Made by a program: the position numbers and the translations under genes. A stretch of DNA of 64,000 nucleotides from assembly GCA_002633005.1 (NCBI GenBank), contig NMRA01000032.1, positions 124,001 through 188,000 on the forward strand. The letters run 5' to 3'. This DNA is from Phoronis australis (taxonomy: Eukaryota > Animalia > Phoronida). Below the pieces are notes generated by a model. That model saw nothing but the letters and a program-made list of their open reading frames with translations, ran no database searches and was not told where the DNA came from. Numbering within the stretch: the stretch's first letter is position 1; each line of letters starts with the position of its first letter. Positions 54,706-64,000 of this stretch are shown in pieces.

Positions 54706-55988
54706 AACAAGAGCAAAGCGGAGCGTTGAAATGCGCCCACAAATGCATTGCAAATGGTGTGCTTTTACGGTTATTTATTTGTATCATAAAAATGGCCACT
54801 AGATGGCACAAAACATACAATCCATTCAAAAACAGGAACATGCCATATTTCATAAAAAACTTTCAAGGAACTTAAGAGAAACAAAGGAAAACAGTGTAAC
54901 ATGAAATTGCCACTAGTGGGCACAGTGTCCGTTGGATCCGCCTGAAAGCCATCGTGGTCTGTTGTTATCTTCATATAAATACATTTACTAAATTTAGTAA
55001 AGATCCTGCAGTGGGTTTAGGCGATATAACCATGGGCGCAAAACAAAACTACCACTAGGAGGCGCTACAGTAGTCAGTCACCATCATCAAAGGTCGTCTT
55101 CACACTGAGAACATATACGTCAATTTTCAAATGATTTGGTTGATTCAGGGGTGGACGCCAAAAACAAGATTTGAAAACAGCAAAAATGGCCACAAGGTGG
55201 TGCAAAATACCTCGATTCCATCCAAAAACAGAAAGATAGCGTCATCACACCAATAGATACCTATATTTAAAATTTTATGACAATTTGGTGAGGATCTTTG
55301 AAGATACTGAGTTAAACGTAAAAAACTAAAATTGCCACTAGGGGGCAAAACAGTAGTTAGATCTGTCTGAAAGTCGTCGTCATCTACATTCAACATCATA
55401 TAAATACACTTGCTAAATTAAGTAACGATCTTGCGAACGGTTTAGGAGATACAGCCACAGGCGCAACAAAATCAAAGCTGCCACTAGGAGGCGCCACAGT
55501 AATTGAAATAGGAAAAGCATCGGCAACCATCCTCTTTATAGTAAGCACAGACATGCCAATATTTTCACAATCATCCTTTGAGCTGTTCTGTTGATAGAGG
55601 AGTAGACACAAAAAAGACTCGAAAACAGTAAAAATGGCCACTAGGTGGTGCAAACTAAGTCGAATCCATCCGAAAATGGGAGGATAGCGTCATCACACTA
55701 ATAGGTGCCTACATACCAAATTTCATGAAAATCCGTACAGGACTTTTAAAGATACGATGGTAAGCATAAAAAAATAAAATTGCCACTAGGGGGCACACCA
55801 GTAGTTGAATCTGTCCCAAAGTTCGCTTATGCCGTCTCATTCATGAATGGAATACATGTTCCAAATTTCATGAAACGGTTTTGGAGATAGAGCAGCGGAC
55901 GCCGGACTTACGCCGGACAGACGACGCCTGGACGGACGGAGATGACGGCATAATGCGTTCATATGTAAGTATGTGGGCGCATAAAAAA
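54706..55988 (+). mobile_element. Non-autonomous Helentron-associated (HINE/DINE-like) element with ~145-bp internal tandem cores
   Basis: Begins AACAAGAG. Subterminal inverted repeats ATGCGCCCACA (54731) and TGTGGGCGCAT (55972). About 8 diverged internal cores, a GGAC-type microsatellite near 55897-55940, a 3' imperfect hairpin and an A-run end. Confidence 0.7.
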
Positions 55989-57216
55989 TTGTCAACAGTG
56001 CGAATATAAGAATCAACGAGAAATTTACAAAGTAATAAAGCACAACAAGTTCTTTGGAATGGAAGGGTGATACAAAAAAACGTGAAAATAAACATTCACT
56101 GAGCTCAAACAACCCTAAGGTGTTTTTGAGGCACAAGAACGGTTTCAAAACTAAATCAAGCAAGTTTGAGTCACCGTTTCACAAGAAAAATTCAGGGACA
56201 CATTACAAAACTAGAAGACATACACTAATTGTTCATCTTATGAGCAGTATAATATGGTGGAAAAACTAAAAAAATAATTTGTTAGGAGTCTAAGCAATTG
56301 TTGACTTACTCCCTACTCCATACCTACATATAGGGCTAAAAAATTTAATTTACTTCAATATGAAATTGTCGCTTGGGATTGTCTACGCTTAAACTCTAAA
56401 CTCAGAGCATCAAACTGCGAAAATAGAGATAAAAGAATAAATCACAACTGTTATTATTCTATTCTAAAATATTGACCAGGCCTAATGAGTGCAATAGCTT
56501 CGAGAATATTCAAGTAAGATGAGGGGTTGTATCGGAGTTCCCCAGCCCACATATTACCCCATCCCCTGACCCCCAACCAACGTTACCCTGTCTCTGTGTT
56601 ACAAGTAACAAGTCCCAATGTTCCTCCGACACAATGTCCCCCTAAGCTTACTTTCCTCTGTACCCCCCACATGGTGTTTCCCCCAAAACGATGTTGTCCT
56701 GGACTTATTGCTTGATTAATGGCCTCATTCGTTTGCCAGTCCAAAAGTTGAAAATAAACAATGTTGAAAGCATTAACAAACTGGAATTATTTGCACCTGA
56801 TGTGCGACAAAACATCATCATTTAATGATAAGGGGCAGTTGGGCTCAGGACACATGGAGTGTGATAAGGAATAGCGGCACTGAGGACTCCAGTGTCAGAG
56901 CCTCATGATGGAGTAATATCAGTGGGAGGGGGATACAGGAGCCAGGGATAATCAGCATGACGCTATAGAGACCCCTCCCTAGCGTTTATGTCACAGTTGC
57001 CTCAATGAACTATCACTGCTATTGCCAAAATCCTTCTAATCAACCACGTAACTGTCCACACCCAGGTGAATGAAGAAAGTTCCGCGTCACTATTGTCGTT
57101 ACAAGTAACACTAACTATCTACACAATAAAGATTAAGGCAGCCCCCTTTGTATAGTTTTGAATTCTGACACAGCTGTCTCAAACTGTTGGCACTGGTATT
57201 ATTGTTATCCTGCTAA

Positions 57217-60200
57217 TCAACTACGTGAATACCCATGGAGATGAAGACAACTCCCATCACAGTCCTGACACAGTTGTCTCAAAGTGGCGTCGCTATCCAC
57301 CGAGTAGGGCTCACTGTCCTTGGGGTGATACCTACAAAACAAACCTTTCATTGTAAGTTCTATAACACCCGTTGACAATGGGTCAAACAGTTGTTGAATG
57401 CACTCAGCAACCAATTATTAACTCAACCGAAAGGTCAAAACTTGGATGAAATAAGCTACACAACTTTTGAAACATTAACATTCTATGTTTGCACTAGTAT
57501 TTATTTATGATTTATTTTATTTTTTATCTTGATTGTGATATTTACAATGGGGGTAACCCTGATAGCGATATTTAAAATGAGGGTAACCCTACCAGTTTTC
57601 ACTGCTTTCCATGGGGGCCCTTGGTAAAAACATACAAGAAGTATAAACAGACTTACAAATACAAGAAGTACATGATTGTATAAACAGACTTACAAAACAA
57701 GAAGTATTTTACAAATACAAGAAGTATAAACAGACTTACAAACACAAGAAGTATAAACAGACTTACAAACACAAGAAGTATTAACAAACTTAAAAATATG
57801 AAAGACAAGATATAAATGATCAATGACGAATATGAAACTGATCTGAAAAGACAGATGAAACAAAACTAATAATAAATAAACAATAAATAGAAGATAATAA
57901 TAAAAGTATAAGAAAAATGACATGATTAAATAAAAATAATTACTAGATAAATAATAAATAGTAACATAACCCCCAAAAATTTTTGAACTTCATCAATATA
58001 AGCACCCTTATTTACAGCTCAATGGACAATGTAAAGTGGACATTAATACTTACGAGGGTCGTTCAATAAGTTCTCAGCCTCACCAAGAAAACAGGGACAC
58101 AGGTTAAATTTTTCACACCATAGTGAAATTTCATCTTTGATAACAGTACTGCGTTCATGCTGAATTAGTACGGTTAGCTGCTGCTAGGTGACGCTGCTTT
58201 AAAAAAGCAGACGACAACACATTTAGCAGCATGGAGATAACGGAGATGAGAACTGTCATAAGGTATTTGAGTAAAAAGGGAATGAAACCAAAAGATATTC
58301 ATGAAGAGATGCGAAAAAGACTCGGAACAGACTCCCCGAGCTACTCAACAGTAAAAAAGAGGTAAGCTTGTTTCAAGAGGGGTAGAGAAAGCGTTGAAGA
58401 TGACCCTCGTCCAGGACGTCCCAAATTATCGACTTCCAGTGAAAATGTGCAGAAAATTCATGCAATGAATAAGAAAGACAGGCGAATGACTGTTCAACAT
58501 CTGGCAAACACTGTTGGCATCATCAATGGGTCCAACTCTAAAATTTTGAGTGAAGATTTGGACATGAGTAAGCAGAGTGCACAATGGGTGCCAAGAATGT
58601 TAACTCAGGATAAGAAAATGAGCAGAATGCAAATTTCAAACTTGGTTCTTCTAGGAAGATTCCAAGCAGATCCAGCCAAATTTTCGAGAAGACCTGTAAC
58701 CCAGGATGAGACAAGTGTCCACCACTTTGACCCGCAATCAAAACAACAAAGTAAACAATGGAAGCACGTGGGTTCCACAAGCCCGAGAAAGTTCAAGTTG
58801 GATGCCTCTGCAAGCAAAATTTTGGCCTCTGTGTTCTGGGACAGCGAAGGTACTCTGATGATCGACTACTTAGAACGAGGACACACAGTTACTGTGAATT
58901 ACTATGCATCACTTTTGGAAAAACTCAAAAAAGCAATCAAGAAAAAGAGACGCGGGAAGTTTCAGGATGGAGTGCTGTTGCTGCAAGACAACGCACCTGC
59001 CCATACTGTCTAAGTTGCGGTGGCTGAAGCAACTAGATGTGGCTTTGAAATCCTTCCACACCCCACCTATTCTCCAGACCTGGCACCGTCTGATTTTCAT
59101 TTGTTTCCACATTTGAAGGCCTACCTGCGTGGATGCCAGTATGTGAGCGATAATGATGTCATGAGTGCAGTGGAGGAGTATTTTGAGGGGCTCGACAAAA
59201 GTTTCTTCAGGCATTGCAAAACTGGAGCACAGATGGAAGAAATGCATTGATGTGACGGGAGATTATTTTGAAAAATAAAAGTCAAAATTAGTTGCTATCG
59301 TGTTGTTTTCTGGGTGAGGCTGAGAACTTATTGGACGACCCTCATAATAGGCTTTATGCATTCCTTACTTTATTTATCTCAGTTATATCTCAACATCTCT
59401 GCAGACAGAGCTGTTGAAAACTATTGAATGAAATTAATAATTTGTTAACATGACAATCATTAAACCACATTACTCACCACAGTGCAACTGTACCCTGTTC
59501 GAATGCCAGTTTTTCATTGGCTAATCTTTCCAGTTCACTCAATGAAATGTCGGATTTCACTCGCAAGGCGTGAACACCAAGACACTCCAGCTCCACAGTC
59601 ATCATGTTGCTATATCTTGGCACTGGTCTGGGTTTTTTAGCACTGACATCTGTGAGTATTTTAGATGTGGTCTCCGCTGAGGATTTTGGAGGAATTCCTG
59701 GACGACGTGGCGGAAGGGGCTTTGGTGGTGGGAGTGGCTTTGACCCAGTTGAAGACAGTACAACTGGCTTTGATTGACTTTTTGTCTTTGGTGGTCTTGG
59801 TGGTGGTTCACTGGGAGCATCGTCAGTAATGACTATTGAAGGCGGCTTCCTGTCCGGCAGCGGATGTCGATTGGTAGCTGTTAACGGTTTTGCATTGCCA
59901 AATCTACCTTGCTTGCTTGAAGCATCCGATAATTGACTGACAGGAGTGACAGTTTTACCCAGTGCGACTTGATTGGCCAGTTTCTCCTTTAATTCATGCA
60001 TAGCATTGCCTTCCGAGGATGGTTTCCGCGGTAAATCGGGCGAGGCTAGCGCGGGACTGGACCGTACTTCGTCACGCCTTTTGAGTAAAGGAGAATTTGG
60101 TAAAGATCTAGATACTGTCTTGACTTGTCCAGCTTCTAACAACTGCAATAAAATGAGCACGCAAAATAGTGTAAAATGCCGTAATTCAGCCGTCAGCGCC

Positions 60201-61111
60201 ATATTTGTCGTTTTGTTCTGAAATTTCCAACGCTACCTCAAACAAGCAACTGACATGACCCACTAGCTGATCTAGGATGTGGACAATGGGGTCAACCACA
60301 AAAGAAAAATGTCAGACTCCATTAAAGCCATAAGGGGAGGGGGTGGCATTGGCCCCCTGAATCCAGCTGTGTAACTTTGCTACGGCATTTATGTAGGAAC
60401 AATGATGCTCTCTACTAATCACGTCATACACAAGAATAAGACAATTACAGGACATGGAGAATTAGAACGATGAGTTTTCATGCTTAATAACAAAATCAAA
60501 GAGCAATAAAATTATGATTGCATGGTTCAACTACTGAATGGCTATAACTTAATGCAGCTCTTAGTCAGGCATTAGTTGTGGATGTTCTGAAAGTCAGAGC
60601 TTATCTTGGTCTGACGAGGCTGTTTATGATATGATCAAAGAGGTCACTTTGAAGTTATCAGATCATCACAAGTAAGAAGAAAATAAAGATTCCCAGATTG
60701 ATAACTGCTATTACATCACTCACTGGATTTAAATTTAGCAAGGTCAAGGTCAAATCGTCTGTAGACATCAGTTGCTTGTTTTAGGTAGAGACGTGTTCAT
60801 TATAAGATTCACCAACATCTAACTGGCTATTAAAAGTCGTACCCGTAAATGTTCAGGGTTCGCAAATGAGACGAAGCACCTCATGTCAAATATGATTTTG
60901 TTTTTGGCTCAAATGGTCTAACTTACACTTTGCATGGATGACTTACCCTAGGACCAGCAAATCCAGCAAACGTGTCACTATCGTCCACCGTAGCCACGAC
61001 CTTGGCCTTGCCTAAATAATCCTTCCTCTGCAAAGCTGCTGTCTTGGTTTTGGCAGGCCGGAAATATAAAGATTCCATTTTCACTTCCATCAGAGGAAAA
61101 CTTCGACGGGC
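57217..61111 (-). CDS. NADPH oxidase activator, NCF2/p67phox-NOXA1-NoxR family; 3' exons only (5'-partial)
   Basis: Exon 61111-60947 encodes LYFRPAKTKTAALQRKDYLGKAKVVATVDDSDTFAGFAG, which matches the p67phox activation-domain region (KDYLGKA.VV.....D.F.GF). Exon 60142-59478 encodes a Pro-rich linker (PPPRPPK, KPLPPPKPLPPRRPG) and the start of a PB1-like domain. Exon 57331-57217 completes PB1 and stops. The TPR exons were not identified and are probably beyond the right edge. Confidence 0.85.
57633..57792 (+). repeat. ~27-bp minisatellite (ACAAGAAGTATAAACAGACTTACAAAC/T)
   Basis: About 5-6 full or partial tandem copies. Confidence 0.85.
58053..59344 (+). mobile_element. Full-length mariner (DD34D) DNA transposon, about 1.29 kb, inactive
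   Basis: TIRs CGAGGGTCGTTCAATAAGTTCTCAGCCTCACC / GGTGAGGCTGAGAACTTATTGGACGACCCTCA, flanked by TA at 58051-52 and 59345-46. It lies in the last intron of the NCF2-like gene. Confidence 0.95.
58231..59278 (+). pseudogene. Mariner transposase pseudogene
   Basis: ATG at 58231. HTH region, then GRP, WVPR, QDET, QDNAPAH and YSPDLAPSDF, with 34 residues between the 2nd and 3rd Asp. In-frame TAA at 58363 and 59011, plus a frameshift before GIAKLEHRWKKCIDVTGDYFEK*. Confidence 0.93.
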
Positions 61112-62959
61112 CTATAAAGGTAATGACAATCTTAAAAATGGTGTCACTGCCAATGACAGTGACAATGCCGGGGGTGACAAAAGGATCATGCACATTGCTA
61201 TACAATATGGTGGATGAAAACAAAAAAGCGTGCACTTTAGACAGGGAAAGGTCAGGATTCGTGCACAAATATGCAGATACTTACTGTAATTAACTTGGTA
61301 GTTACGTTTGTATATCTGATGACTAGCCAGTCATAAATTTAAATTTAAAATAGTGTTAATTTTGGCAGAATTCATTTACTGTTTTTTCAGCTAAGCTGAG
61401 GACAACCTATGTGTTGATGGGTTTTTAATGAAGTGGTGCAAAAATATTGGTCTGAAATTTACCAGCACTGTGTGTGGAGTTCGAGAACTCATCTGTTGTA
61501 AAATTGTGATAACAAGACATAGGTGTCTTTGAAACACATGTATCCATAAAATGTATCTATAAAATGTATCCCAAAAAGACACAAGTTGACCTGAAGATTT
61601 TTTAGCCGGTACTTATTTCACTTTGGCAGCACTTAAGATAAGCTACCTACTAAGTTTGTAAGAACAAGAGTGACGAGTGCGTGAGTTATACAGAACTGTT
61701 AGTGTTGTGCTTTTCTATGTTTCGCATAACTAAATAATATTGGTTTATCAGTTTGGCTTGTCTCTGATTCTATTGATTACAAGCTCCCAGTTTAACTTGT
61801 GTATCAAAGCATGACAATGTTCATCAACATTTTGTCAAACTGGAAGCACATTACAGCGTTTTCCTGTTGCTCCCAACTTGTTCGATTCTATAGCCCAACA
61901 GCAAGCTGGGAAGTTTACCCCTGTAGCCAATATCATACACGACTGATTAACTCCATTCTGGCATTTATGGCTGGAGGGCCAGCTCTCTTTTGTTCGATAA
62001 TTGCTCTAATCTCCACTAAGTTGTATCTACCCTGACTAGGCTGTGCTGTTAAAAATAAAAGTTAAGTTTGAACATGAACCTATAGCATTTCTGAAATCTT
62101 CATCAAATGGTGATCATGCTTAGTTTTTGAATCGCCAAAATCGCCCAACTGCAACCGAAGTTACGTCAATCTATTCTTTCCGAACACACTAAATTCACTC
62201 TGAGTTTGACTGTGTTCACAGGTGGTCTGCAATAAGCCTGGTAGATAAGTGGCCTGCTTGTTGTCATAACAGACAAAAGAGTGTGCTTGGCAGTTAACAA
62301 AGAAGCTAGATGTTATCACACGCTCAGAACCCCTATACGTCTGGTAAAGTCAATGAACGGGAAAACGCTGTCATGAATGAGGCAGTGTCTAGACTCTGAA
62401 TGACAGCAAGGGGTAGCCGGACGCCCAGCTACATGGGACGCTGCCCACAAGTGCTTGAAGACAGAAAAACAGTAAACACCTAGGGCAGCATGTGGGTTTG
62501 TAAACAGATGGCAGCCGGTGTGGGCAGCTTGAGGATGATGGCTGTTAAAAATCAATTGATTGATACAAATTAAAATCATTTTGATCATGAAATGGTCATC
62601 ATTCCAATCATCATTCATGGAAAACCTTTTTTGAAGATTTACCATCGCTCAGTGATAAGAAATCCATGATTGATGATAAACTTAGCGTGAAAAAATACGT
62701 AATATGACTCCGGACCAGCCAGATATATCATATCATACCACTGAATTCATGGAAATGATTGATAGCAATTTAATAATATAAAAATATTGAATGATACAAT
62801 ATGATCAACTAAAACTGCCATTATAGTACTTTTAGCCATCAGCTGTGATCTGAACAATGGATCACATTTAGTATTAACTGACCAGACCTGTCCCACAGCG
62901 GCCTCTAGTGGTGAGGGCATAACCAGTGCAAACAACAAGTGAACTGTATTTCACATCAT

Positions 62960-63330
62960 GCAATTAATATGGACCAATACCAACGGTGTTATCAAGGTGC
63001 ATGGACTGAGGGAGAGCAATGTTGGTCGAGGCTGAATACAACATTGCTCTCCCGAGGTCCTCACCACTTGATATGCCAGAGGGATTTTTTAACATTTGTT
63101 TAATTACACGACCAGATCCTTCTTTATTCTGGTTTTGTCGTATCTTAAGACATCCTTGCTCTTACGCGTTTTGCTGTACTGACATCGTCTGCATGCTTTG
63201 TTGTCAGGGATTCACATTCTGACCAATCGGACACTTAAAGTGTCCGATTGGTCAGAATGTAAAAAGCTATATCTGACATCCGAGTGGATTGAATGAAAAA
63301 GGACAAAGCCCGGTTTGTCAATATTACAGT
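62960..63330. repeat. Hairpin-rich interspersed element
   Basis: Stem GGGAGAGCAATGTTG/CAACATTGCTCTCCC at about 63010-63053, and a perfect palindrome with 23-bp arms at 63214-63260. Confidence 0.6.
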
Positions 63331-64000
63331 ATATCAGAAGTTATCGTACTGGGTTTTATCCCACCAGAGGGCAGGAATATCAATGGTCACATAAACAAAT
63401 GTATTTACTTTCTCCAAGACAAAAAGCATATAGCAAACTAAATGTTACAACACAAAAAAAACGTCTGAATCCAAGTGTCAAAATGAGTTGTTACTGAAAC
63501 CTACCAAGGGCCATGATGTAATCTTAATACTCGAATAGAACTTGAAATTCATTTTGACATTTTCTGTTTTACTTTGCTTGCATTCTGGGCTCAGCTACAT
63601 GTAATCTATAGGGGGTAATTCCCTTTGTTAAACTGTGTTTAATTACACAGTAAAACCAGAACAGTTGTATGACTAAGAGCAGGGTTCACCAAGAACTACT
63701 TTCACTGACCTTGCAGGCCTGTTATTAACATTTCACACAAAACCTCAAAATTTGAAGATCAGACTCAAACTTTTAGCCTCAATTACGGTAAAAATTTTTC
63801 AATTTGGGACAATTTCTAAAATTTGGGATACTGATATTCTAGGAATAATTGAATTTTCTTGATTCTAAAGATTGGGGCATGGGTGTAAGATGATTTATTT
63901 ACCTGACATAGGTTCTCGTTGAAATGAAGCTGGAGGTTATGAACAATAGGCAAGCTATTTTCAATGCAAACCAAAGCCATGATACCCGAATTTCAAAAAG

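Noticed and set aside
61918-62545. Possible additional NCF2-like (TPR) exons after acceptor-like TTTAACAG sites on the minus strand
   Set aside because: The frames hit stops or show no TPR similarity, and no phase-0 exon could be joined to 61111.
63903-63929. Possible 27-nt micro-exon (LHFNENLCQ) with AG/GT ends on the minus strand
   Set aside because: Too short to support without transcript data; it may be chance.

Overview
Intron-rich, AT-rich genomic DNA from an animal, probably a marine invertebrate (lineage not determinable here); it is not prokaryotic. Four spliced genes can be reconstructed by hand from GT-AG junctions and phase continuity. (1) Minus strand: an SLC6 Na+/Cl- amino-acid transporter with GlyT-like motifs; 9 exons seen, and the 3' end probably runs off the left edge. 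(2) Plus strand: a ~355-aa Kelch-repeat protein without a BTB domain (7 exons). (3) Minus strand: a ~1367-aa KY/Hillarin-like protein (10 exons). It has an N-terminal MGCxxS acylation motif, an apparently inactive transglutaminase-like core, three repeated beta modules, a long coiled coil, and a C-terminal segment closely resembling the dynein stalk microtubule-binding domain. This is the most interesting item in the window. (4) Minus strand: the 3' part of an NCF2/p67phox/NOXA1-family NADPH-oxidase activator that seems to end at PB1 without SH3 domains. Introns and intergenic DNA contain a full-length decayed DD34D mariner, a deleted Kolobok-like element with a THAP remnant, a Helentron-associated (HINE-like) element carrying eight phased CTCF-like motifs, several MITEs, SINE/LINE/Penelope remnants, minisatellites and assembly gaps. 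Most short ORFs in the supplied track are noise.
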